A DNA stretch of 64,000 nucleotides from an uncultured Poribacteria bacterium (GTDB lineage Bacteria; Poribacteria; WGA-4E; WGA-3G), in assembly GCA_958296135.2 (NCBI GenBank), contig CATQHZ020000001.1, positions 2,784,001 through 2,848,000 of the forward strand. The letters run 5' to 3'. How positions within the stretch are numbered: the stretch's first letter is position 1; the number at the start of each line of letters is the position of its first letter. The translations under genes were made by a program, and so were the position numbers. Below, in pieces: positions 1 through 8,423 of this stretch. Under the pieces are notes generated by a model. That model saw nothing but the letters and a program-made list of their open reading frames with translations. It searched no databases and was not told the origin of the DNA.

Positions 1-33
1 TGGCCGAGGGCGAACCCGAATGAAAGGTTCGCG

Positions 34-1182
34 GTGAGTGTCGATTCAACCAGAGCTGCAAGTGCAGCACCTGGGGTGGACAGCCCCCCCACTGCCGGGA
101 CAAGCAACGTTCGGAACCCGATACCGAGCGCGCCTCCCTACAGTCCGGCACAGCGAGCTCCCGCGCCACGATATAGCGGCAGCGTTGGACAACAGCCCGT
201 ATCAACCGGCCCCTCCTTCCCGGGGAGAGCGGTAGACCCGAGCCAGGGCACCACCCTCGACGTCCAGTATGAAATCGCGGAGATGAAGAAGAACTTCTCC
301 TACTACATGCGGACATATCAAATCAACCGCAAGAAGGTGATTATGGACCAGGTCATCCGACAGCGTCACAAAATCGCCAACGCCACGAACGCCGAAGAGT
401 TCATCGGCCCGCTCCTCGAAAATATCCCCTACGTGAACAACTACGGGAAGGCGAGAGTCATGGTGCTTCTCGGCGATTTGGCCAGCAAGACTTCGGATAC
501 AGACCTGCTTTACGACATCTGCGATGCCGGCATCGCGCTGAGCAGCCCCGACGAACTTGCGCACAAGCATCCGCAGGTTATCAAAACGGTTGTTCGCTAT
601 GCGGTGGAAGCCATCGGGAAAACCGGACTCCCCATCGCCGAATCGCACCTGATTAACCTCATTACGCGGGAAGTCCCCGTCGCCATCCGGCCCAACGCCG
701 TTTACTCCATCGGCAAGTGCTGCCACAGCGTGAACGCAATTGAGCACTTGAAGCCGCTAGTCGAGCATGGCGTAGCAGCTGACCGGATTGCCATCAATTG
801 GGCGTTCGGGAAAATGGGCAGTCGCGAACATAAGCAACCGCTGCCAATCGAGCAGTTGGATTCGGTTATCCAAATCCTCCTGGAGCAGTTGCGCAGCGAC
901 GCACACAAGGATGTCAAGCGGAACGGCATTTACGCGCTCGGCGAAATTTGCGACCGGCGCGATTGCGCCAAGGATCCGATTCCTATTGAGAAAACCGCCG
1001 AGGTGATAACTGTGCTTGAACCGTATCTTATGTTCCGGACAGATGGAAGCCTCTCCGAGTTAGCGAACATACAGCAAGAGCGGCTGCTCAAGCGGTTCGC
1101 CGGCGTTTCTCTCAACATGATTAAAGGCGTGCATCTCTCTGCCGAACAGGAAACGAGCCTGCTAACTATCCGGAACGAATAA
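34..1182 (+). CDS. HEAT/PBS-lyase-like repeat protein with Pro/Ser-rich N-terminus (start uncertain)
   Basis: Repeated helical units (VRYAVEAIGK, IRPNAVYSIGK, AINWAFGK, VKRNGIYALGEI); low-complexity first ~75 aa. Confidence 0.6.
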   Translation: MSVDSTRAASAAPGVDSPPTAGTSNVRNPIPSAPPYSPAQRAPAPRYSGSVGQQPVSTGPSFPGRAVDPSQGTTLDVQYEIAEMKKNFSYYMRTYQINRKKVIMDQVIRQRHKIANATNAEEFIGPLLENIPYVNNYGKARVMVLLGDLASKTSDTDLLYDICDAGIALSSPDELAHKHPQVIKTVVRYAVEAIGKTGLPIAESHLINLITREVPVAIRPNAVYSIGKCCHSVNAIEHLKPLVEHGVAADRIAINWAFGKMGSREHKQPLPIEQLDSVIQILLEQLRSDAHKDVKRNGIYALGEICDRRDCAKDPIPIEKTAEVITVLEPYLMFRTDGSLSELANIQQERLLKRFAGVSLNMIKGVHLSAEQETSLLTIRNE

Positions 1183-1406
1183 TTTTCTTCGTTCGCAAGG
1201 CGTGCGGCGGACATCACCGATACCAGAACGTTTTCACAGTACCCAGTCGAGCAGCGTTGTCAGATGACTGAAGTGTCCCAATCAGCCCATATCCTCGTAG
1301 GGCGAGGGCCGTCACGGGCACGCCTACAGAAAACGTGTTTACGGTAGTCAGTCGCTCTGGCGAGGCAGCTCGCCTGTCTTGATAGACGTGACCTTTGCAT
1401 CGCTGC

Positions 1407-1602
1407 AGTTTTTGACGTAGGCAGTTTGCTGCGGTTGACGGCGTAGGCAAGTTTGCGAAAGCCAAACTTGCCAAATTCGTGTTATTCGGCTTTGCGAATA
1501 ACACTAGCCGTCAACCGAAGAAAGCCAAACGGTTTCCGAAGATGTGTTATTCGGAAACCTTGCGAATAACACTGCGTCAAAAACTATAAAAGCAAACTAC
1601 CT
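1407..1602. repeat. Nested palindromic repeat cluster
   Basis: Pairs agtttttgacg 1407/cgtcaaaaact 1575 and cggttgacggc 1432/gccgtcaaccg 1507; inner hairpins ggcaagtttg..caaacttgcc and two gtgttattcg..cgaataacac. Confidence 0.8.
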
Positions 1603-1615
1603 TACTTTAACGCCG

Positions 1616-1653
1616 TCATCTCTGCAGCCTCGCTGCAGAGATGGCCACTGTCC
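1616..1653. repeat. Palindromic repeat catctctgcagc..gctgcagagatg-ccactgtccc (copies near 42996-43034 reversed and 55241-55280)
   Basis: Three near-identical intergenic copies visible. Confidence 0.8.
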
Positions 1654-1686
1654 CCCGCTATGCTATGAATTAAGGAATACTTCAAA

Positions 1687-2892
1687 ATGGAATTCAAACT
1701 AGCAATAAACGGCGGCGAACCTGTCCGTACCAAACCCTTTCCATCATGGCCCACCCTCAATGCCGCTGACATTGAAGCGTTTGAAAGTATCTATCAGAGT
1801 GGGCAGTGGGGCGTTGGCGGCACAAAGGTGCCTGAATTTGAACGGCAATTCGCTGAATTTCAGGGAGCAAACTATGGCGTTTGCGTCAACAGTGGCACAT
1901 CTGCACTCTATATCGCGCTGAAAGCCGCGGGGGTGTGCCCTGGACACGAAGTCATTACCACAGCCTACACCTTCCAAGCCACGGTTGTCGCCATTCTGAT
2001 GACGCATGCCGTGCCGGTGTTTGTGGATACTGCACCGGATACTTTTCTGTTAGATGCTGCCAAAGTGGAGACAGCGATAACAGAAAAGACGAAGGCAATC
2101 TTGCCTGTCCACATCGCGGGGTATCCAGCGGATATGGATGCGTTGGTTGCAGTTGCACGCCGTCATAACCTCAAGGTGATTGAGGATTGCGCGCAGGCAC
2201 ACGGTGCCGAGTGGCGCGGGCGAGGTGTCGGCAGTTGGGGCGACTTCGGATGCTTCAGCTTCCAATCCTCCAAAAACCTGTGCGCCGGGGAAGGCGGCAT
2301 CATCTTGATGAACGACAAGGCGGCGTATGAACGCGCCTGGGCCCTTCACAACTGCGGCCGCACCCCTCCCGATGCCGAGTTTGGTAACATAGAGCCCTTC
2401 GGCGGCAACTTCCGCATGACAGAATGGCAGGCGGGCCTGCTCCTGGCGCGGTTGACACGGCTTGAGGAAGAGACCAACTACCGGCACATGAACATGCGGT
2501 GGTTAGATGGATGGCTTGGCGAGATTCCGGGCATCAAGGTAACCCCGCTCGATCCGCGGGCAACGCGCGGCGGATGCCACGGCTACAAGGCGATTTTCGA
2601 TTCCGAGGAGTTTGAAGGCATATCACGCGAAACGTTCCTCAACGCCATGCGCGCCGAAGGCATACCGATGGGCTATTGGTATACCACGCCGATGTATCGC
2701 GACGCTTTCTTGGCATCAAACCTTTTCGGGCAAAATTTGGACTATGCCGAAGTGCATTGCCCAGAAACGGAGAAACTGTGCCAGACAGGGCTCTCCCTCG
2801 GTCAGAACGTTTTGATGGGTAGCGAAGAGGATATGGAGGACATCATTAAGGCGACAATCAAGGTGCGGCGGAACGTTAACCAGTTAAAATGA
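1687..2892 (+). CDS. DegT/DnrJ/EryC1/StrS family PLP-dependent aminotransferase
   Basis: Motifs VNSGTSAL, IEDCAQAHG, FSFQSSKNL..GEGG; RBS aagga upstream. Confidence 0.93.
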   Translation: MEFKLAINGGEPVRTKPFPSWPTLNAADIEAFESIYQSGQWGVGGTKVPEFERQFAEFQGANYGVCVNSGTSALYIALKAAGVCPGHEVITTAYTFQATVVAILMTHAVPVFVDTAPDTFLLDAAKVETAITEKTKAILPVHIAGYPADMDALVAVARRHNLKVIEDCAQAHGAEWRGRGVGSWGDFGCFSFQSSKNLCAGEGGIILMNDKAAYERAWALHNCGRTPPDAEFGNIEPFGGNFRMTEWQAGLLLARLTRLEEETNYRHMNMRWLDGWLGEIPGIKVTPLDPRATRGGCHGYKAIFDSEEFEGISRETFLNAMRAEGIPMGYWYTTPMYRDAFLASNLFGQNLDYAEVHCPETEKLCQTGLSLGQNVLMGSEEDMEDIIKATIKVRRNVNQLK

Positions 2893-3088
2893 TGGTGTGG
2901 GCAAACCTCTCCCTGAACCGCAGCGTTGATAGAACAATTGACATCCCCGTGGGAGATAGTGGCCGCAAGCGAAGGAAAACTCGCAATGGAACTGCCATCG
3001 GAACTGGCCGGGCTTCGCGCCCTGCACTGCCCAGGTCCGAAAGGCGTTTTTTATCAAACAACCCGCCATTAAAATGAACAGTCAAAAA

Positions 3089-3127
3089 CGTAGTCATTGA
3101 CAACGTCGATGACAGAATTGGTAAGAC
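3089..3127. repeat. GTAG-type repeat cgtagtcat..caacgt.gatgaca..tggtaag (copies 8340-8378 and 12633-12669 reversed)
   Basis: Three similar intergenic copies with an internal palindrome. Confidence 0.7.
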
Positions 3128-3190
3128 GGCCCTGGTCAAACACGAGATGTTCGCCGAACGCATTGCGACATACGAAAAATCGTAATTTTT

Positions 3191-3220
3191 TACTATCCTT
3201 TTTCGCCTTAAGTGACTCTA
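3191..3220 (+). promoter_or_regulatory. Putative ECF sigma-dependent promoter TACTATCCTTTTT-N9-TGACTCTA
   Basis: Same motif lies upstream of the ECF sigma gene (47089-47061, minus strand) at a similar distance from the start codon. Confidence 0.6.
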
Positions 3221-3364
3221 TATAGCCAAACGACATTCACAATGCTAAGGCGGTCCCCTCGTGAAATCTTAACATTGACAACGTCGATGATGGATATGGC
3301 GAGGAGATGTGATTGCACAGGGAACCTCGAACGAACGCATTGCGAAATACAGAAGAAGGAGATT

Positions 3365-3922
3365 ATGATGTCTACCGAACATGAAACGCAGAAAGAAATT
3401 CGGCGCGTCTTGCGGCTGTTGGAAACAACGGCGCGGGTTGTCGAAACCTCACCAATCGTAGATCCTGATGAAGGCGAGGAACGGTGCGCCCAGCAGTTCA
3501 ATAACGCGCTCAGTCACCTTACCGAATTGGGGGCTGTGCCAGAAGGGCTGTTTGAACCGTTGGAGCCCTCCGCCTCCTTGGGGGATATCTGCTTCGCCTG
3601 CCATCAGGTTGCGGCTTACCTCAAAGAAGGGCTATGTGACGAGTTCGATTTCGCCCAAGTCAAGAAAACCATCGGCGATGAGTTGAAGGATGTCGGCGAA
3701 GTCGTCCGGCAATCGATGCCCTCCTTCCTCAAAGAGGTATGGGGTGGCGCGCCGGAAGAAACGCCGCCGGAAACCGTGGAAGTCACCTCTGACGAAGACA
3801 ACGATGGCGAATCGGCAGATTCCGTAGCGCAACGCGTCGCAAGACTGGAGGGACAGATGGAAACCGTCGTGGAGATTCTCCAAGAACTTCGCGCGCAACA
3901 GGTTGAGCGAGACGAACAGTAG
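3365..3922 (+). CDS. Uncharacterised protein; paralog of the N-terminal domain of 44822-46207, with acidic linker and C-terminal coiled coil
   Basis: RBS aagaaggag before ATG 3365/3368; shared motifs RCxxQFNN, AVPEGLFE, ACHQxAAYL. Confidence 0.75.
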   Translation: MMSTEHETQKEIRRVLRLLETTARVVETSPIVDPDEGEERCAQQFNNALSHLTELGAVPEGLFEPLEPSASLGDICFACHQVAAYLKEGLCDEFDFAQVKKTIGDELKDVGEVVRQSMPSFLKEVWGGAPEETPPETVEVTSDEDNDGESADSVAQRVARLEGQMETVVEILQELRAQQVERDEQ

Positions 3923-4079
3923 GGCGGCGTGTGACTGAGACACGCCCGCCCCATCGAAGGGACAGCGATCGGCTGCCCCTTCGATGCCTGTATGGCTTCA
4001 CATTCTCGCAAGACAGGGTTCATAACAAGGCTAACCCGCTGCCCTACCCACACACGAGACGATGAAGGAGCACGAAAAA

Positions 4080-5151
4080 ATGAAAACATTCATTGCGCTC
4101 GGCGTTTCCCTTTTCACACTACTGACGCTTTGCACCGGGTGTCAATTCTCATCAACAGCGGAGAACGATATTGTGAATACGATTGAGAGAGCATACAGCG
4201 TTAAACCGGGCGGCACGTTAACAGTTGTGTCGGAGTTCGGCGCGATTGACGTGCAAACCGCCGCCCGGGACAGCGTCGCGATGGTTATCACGAAAGAAGC
4301 GAAATTCAAACTCGATCCGACGGTTCAGGAGGCCCTCGCTGATTTTGAGGTGGCATTTGAACACCAAGGTCCTGATGTCCGAGTTGAAGGGACGTTCAAA
4401 CGCGGGCGGGAGCACTGGCAGAAAAAGCTGAACCGGTTGAAAATTCGATTTCAGGTGACAGTGCCTCAGCAGTCCAACGTCGATTTGGAGACTTCAAGCG
4501 GTAGCATTGCCGTTGCCGACCTGGGCGGCACAGTCCGCGCGCGCACGTCGGGCGGGAGTCTGCGCTTTGGCAACATTGAAGGCACCGTGTGGGGGACGCA
4601 CCTCGGGCGGCAGCATCAAACTCACTTCGTGTGGAGCCGCTGTCGAACTCAAAACGTCCGGCGGCAGTATCGAGGTAGGCGATGTTGCCGGCGCAGTCAA
4701 AGCACAAACCTCTGGCGGAAACCTCCGTTTTGGAGAAATTCAGGCCCCCATCTGGGGCAGAACCTCGGGCGGCAGCATCAAACTCAAGGCGTGCCAAGCG
4801 GCTGTCAATCTGCGAACCTCGGGCGGCAGTATCACGCTTGAGAGCGTTGCAGGGGATGTCGCGGCGAAGACTTCCGGTGGTTCTATCCGCGCAAATATGA
4901 CAAGGCAACCTGAGCATGACTGCAGGCTGCAGACATCAGGCGGCGGGATAACTGTCACCCTCATCCCTGATATTGCCGTTGACGTAGACGCGCAAACCAG
5001 CGGTGGAAACGTCGCAACCGAGTTTCCTGTCACATCGGTAATTCAAGGCAAGATACCTAAAAATCAGTTAAAGGGCACGATAAACGGCGGCGGACCGCGA
5101 TTAGAATTGCGAACCTCCGGCGGAAATATTCGTTTGCAAAAAGCAGAGTAG
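4080..5151 (+). pseudogene. DUF4097 (Toastrack) beta-strand repeat lipoprotein, frameshifted at G5 run 4591-4595 (real or assembly error)
   Basis: Lipobox-like LLTLCTGC; TSGGSI repeats continue in another frame; removing one G restores VWGRTSGGSI, matching the next repeat IWGRTSGGSI. Confidence 0.8.
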
Positions 5152-5250
5152 CCTCTCGCGTTTTCTCCGCACGCCCACGATGGTAAGGGCGGATGGCTAT
5201 ATCCGCCCGTTTCCAATGAGCATCAGGATAGAAACAGACTTTCCATACAC

Positions 5251-5383
5251 TATACCAAATTACCCTGAGCCGTTTCGCGCTCGACTGAAGCTCTGGCACG
5301 AAGGTTCTCCCAGCAATCCCGAACGCTCAAGAGCCGGCGAATCTCCTCCTACAGAGACGAGATGCATCAACGGCATTTGGTAT
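5251..5383. mobile_element. MITE-like element with TATACCAAAT...ATTTGGTAT termini (copies 8228-8335 reversed, 12671-12775, 59776-59865)
   Basis: Terminal inverted repeats and homologous internal segments in four intergenic copies. Confidence 0.65.
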
Positions 5384-5400
5384 GAAAAGATCAAGGCAGA

Positions 5401-6234
5401 TCAGTAATTCTTGATAAACAATTCCATCCCTTTCGCAGCTGTTGCCTTCCGATAATTGTTCATCCCGTATTGCAACGTCCATTCCCGAATCTCCGCGAAA
5501 TCGAAGAGCTCCCGAATGAAAGGCGAATCGTCGTAGGTTATCAGCCATTTGTGCTGACACTTCTTCATATTCTCCGCGAACTGCCCGTGATCGAACCCCG
5601 TATGCAAACTGCCGCGCACCCCATAGAGTTTTGACGCAGTCGCTTTCCAATACGGCGGATCCAAGAAAAGAAAGACATCTTCGCCTTCTTGGAAAAGCAC
5701 GTTGGCGTAATCCCCGCACGTGATTTTGACATTGCGGAGATACGGCGCAACCTGCGCTACGCGCGCAATGGAAGATTCTGTCCACCGTTTCGCATAGGCG
5801 GAAGGCGAATACCCACCAGAATCTACCACGCCCGAAAAGGTGATGCGATTCAGGATGAAAAACCGCACGGCGCGCTCAAATTCGGAGAGCAGGGCGCGGT
5901 TTTCGCTGAGCTCATCCTTGTCCGCTGTTAATTCGGCAAACAGGGCACGGCCATCGGTTGCGTTCGCGTGCGTTGTCGTCAACGCTTCTACCAATGCGGG
6001 GTTATTATCGCGCGCCTGCCGCCAAAAACAGAAGACATCATAGTTGAGCTCATTCATCCAATACGTTTTGATGCGGCTGTCGAAGAGGCTGCGGATAGCG
6101 AAGAAGACAGAGCCGCCTCCGACGAAAGGTTCTCGGAATTCGGCGATGTTCAGCGGAATGAGCGGGAGAATCTGTTTCAAGGCGCGAGATTTCCCACCCG
6201 GATATCGTAGGGGGCTTTTGGCAAGTTTACGCAT
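5401..6234 (-). CDS. Dam-family (D12 class) DNA adenine methyltransferase
   Basis: SPLRYPGGKS, EPFVGGGSV, FLDPPY motifs. Confidence 0.93.
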   Translation of the reverse strand: MRKLAKSPLRYPGGKSRALKQILPLIPLNIAEFREPFVGGGSVFFAIRSLFDSRIKTYWMNELNYDVFCFWRQARDNNPALVEALTTTHANATDGRALFAELTADKDELSENRALLSEFERAVRFFILNRITFSGVVDSGGYSPSAYAKRWTESSIARVAQVAPYLRNVKITCGDYANVLFQEGEDVFLFLDPPYWKATASKLYGVRGSLHTGFDHGQFAENMKKCQHKWLITYDDSPFIRELFDFAEIREWTLQYGMNNYRKATAAKGMELFIKNY

Positions 6235-6271
6235 CGCGTGCTGTTATCCAGATTTGTAATTTTCGGAAAGG

Positions 6272-8173
6272 TCACCAGTGCTTGAACGAATACATCCGCT
6301 GTTCTAAGAATAGCCCCAAGATCGCCCACAGACTGCCCATCACGAATTCACCGAGCATTGTGCCCAGAAAGAAGGGCAATGCTCGGCGATACGCGCCCAG
6401 TCCACCATGACGAATCAGGATAGACTTGATTCCCCAAGCGAGAAACACCGGAAACCAGAGTCGCCCAAAATTCCAATTGCCGGCGAGTGGATACGCGAGC
6501 GGATGCAGTTGCCACCAGATAAACCGCAGCCGCATGAAAAGGGTGCCTAAGGTGAGCGATATCCCGAAGCCGAAGAAGCCGATGTGTCGCCAATCCGTAT
6601 CGCTTGGGAAGGTGAGCCACCGCTGTAAATCGCTGAATGCTTCTTGTCCGCGCCATGTGCCTAAACTGCCGTGCCGATAACCGGCGTGCAGGAACGCCGT
6701 AAATCCGATGAGCAATCCGACGACAGTCGCACCCCACATCACCCACAAAAGTTGGCGCGCGTTGATGCCGCCCCGGTCTGCCAATTTAAAGCCTTCCAAT
6801 TGATTCGGCATGGGTTGTGAACGGTAGTTACGCGTGAAGCCGTAGAGGAAGGCGAAGCCGGTCAATGTCGGCGCGCCAATCTTTCTCGAACCGAAGAGTG
6901 ACGTGAGAAAAAAGCCGGGGCCCGCACGGTAAAAATCCTGCGTCGGCGTGCCGAGTTCTGCGCGCATCCGCGTAAATGCTAACACGAGGATAAAGTGGAC
7001 GCTAAAGAATCCCAGCACTCCCCACCATGACATCCCAGCCTTCAAGCAGAACCCAAACACAATTGCGATGCTGACGAGAAATCCGATGAACGCAGCCCGA
7101 TACCCCATCGGCTCACTCGCTGAATCCACACCACTTTTCACTCCCAAAATATTGCGTAACACCTGCCATAAATGCTTATGCGTTATCCAGAGCGCGAAGA
7201 AACAGAGCCCGAAATACGCGCCGAGTGACTGCATATCAATGTGCGGATACCCGGGCGTTTGGTTCATCCCAGTCATCGCGCCGAAGACGAGCTGCGCCTT
7301 CCAGAAAAGGTAAAACAGCCAGCACGAAAGCGACAGATCCAGCGGCATCAAAAAGCCGATACCGATAGCGTAAGGGTTGAGATGGATAGGCGTTGAACCG
7401 ATAGCACTCAGCGGTTTCTCCGTAAATAGCCTTCCGATGTCATGGCGGATGGGAATGCCCGGCACATAAGGGAAAAGAAAATTGATGCCGTTGAGTAAAT
7501 CAAGCCCGCATCCGATGGCAAAACCGAGCCAGAGGAGCCGGTCGCGGTAGAAACTGGCATCCTTCGTCATTTCATAAGGGAGCAGGATGATCGGATAACT
7601 CAGTTTTTCGTGCTCGATCCACTGTTTTCGGAGGATGACGTTGAGCATCAGCATCGAGAATGCGAGCGCGGAGAAGAAGAGCGTCCAGCATAACACCGGT
7701 GTCAGCCACGCACGGATATGTTCGGTTTCAAAAAGGTTTGAAGTGCCTTCATAGTAGCCGGTTAAGGCGCGCCGGTCCAGCACCGCAATCCAATCCGGAA
7801 TGTAGCGAAAAAAGAGCGATTGCCATTCGTTCTCCGGAGTGGCGAACCACGTTGCATGCCCCAAAACGCACATCGTCGCCTGCAGCAAGTCATGCCCACA
7901 AACGACGCAGGCCAGTGCCACCATGAGGTAAACGGTGAGCATCTCTGCCTGCGTCAACTGCCACTTCGGCAGGTATCGGGTGAGCAGGAGGTTGAACATC
8001 GCAACGAGAAAGAGGGTAAAGACAGCGTTAAAGAAAATCGCCATCGTCGTCGGATACTGCGTTGTCCACACCGTCTCTGTCTGAACGACGAGATAGATAT
8101 TCAGCGGGAGCGACAGAAGTCCTAGCAGGATAGCGCGCCATGTGATGTTTTCAGCGGCGGGAGGGGTTAGCAT
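6272..8173 (-). CDS. Polytopic membrane protein, DUF6785/DUF6784-like putative transporter
   Basis: Many hydrophobic segments; LRKQWIEHEKLSYPI and WWQLHPLAY motifs. Confidence 0.7.
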   Translation of the reverse strand: MLTPPAAENITWRAILLGLLSLPLNIYLVVQTETVWTTQYPTTMAIFFNAVFTLFLVAMFNLLLTRYLPKWQLTQAEMLTVYLMVALACVVCGHDLLQATMCVLGHATWFATPENEWQSLFFRYIPDWIAVLDRRALTGYYEGTSNLFETEHIRAWLTPVLCWTLFFSALAFSMLMLNVILRKQWIEHEKLSYPIILLPYEMTKDASFYRDRLLWLGFAIGCGLDLLNGINFLFPYVPGIPIRHDIGRLFTEKPLSAIGSTPIHLNPYAIGIGFLMPLDLSLSCWLFYLFWKAQLVFGAMTGMNQTPGYPHIDMQSLGAYFGLCFFALWITHKHLWQVLRNILGVKSGVDSASEPMGYRAAFIGFLVSIAIVFGFCLKAGMSWWGVLGFFSVHFILVLAFTRMRAELGTPTQDFYRAGPGFFLTSLFGSRKIGAPTLTGFAFLYGFTRNYRSQPMPNQLEGFKLADRGGINARQLLWVMWGATVVGLLIGFTAFLHAGYRHGSLGTWRGQEAFSDLQRWLTFPSDTDWRHIGFFGFGISLTLGTLFMRLRFIWWQLHPLAYPLAGNWNFGRLWFPVFLAWGIKSILIRHGGLGAYRRALPFFLGTMLGEFVMGSLWAILGLFLEQRMYSFKHW

Positions 8174-8423
8174 CTTTCGTATTTCCTAGCGGTGGTTTTG
8201 CTGCATCTGTGGTGTGAAGTTTGACTGATACCAAATGACGTTGATTTGTCTCCCCGCTGTAGGTGGAGATGTGCATGAGTTTGACCTGTTTGGCCACCCC
8301 TGTCAAACCCGAACTATATCGACTAATCTGGTATAAGCACGTAGTCATCGTCAATGACGCTGACAGCACTGGTAAGACAACTGTTTTTCCATCGGTGGTG
8401 TTCGCCGAAGGCTTTGCGCCACA

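Noticed and set aside
3321-3347. GGAACC-N16-CGAAA as a classical ECF promoter
   Set aside because: Not shared with the sigma gene's upstream region; the 3191-3220 motif is far better supported
3212-3364. Extended N-termini from the ORF track (also 23749, 27112, 46270, 47752, 56377)
   Set aside because: Downstream ATGs have an RBS and/or match family starts; the extensions run through repeats or promoters
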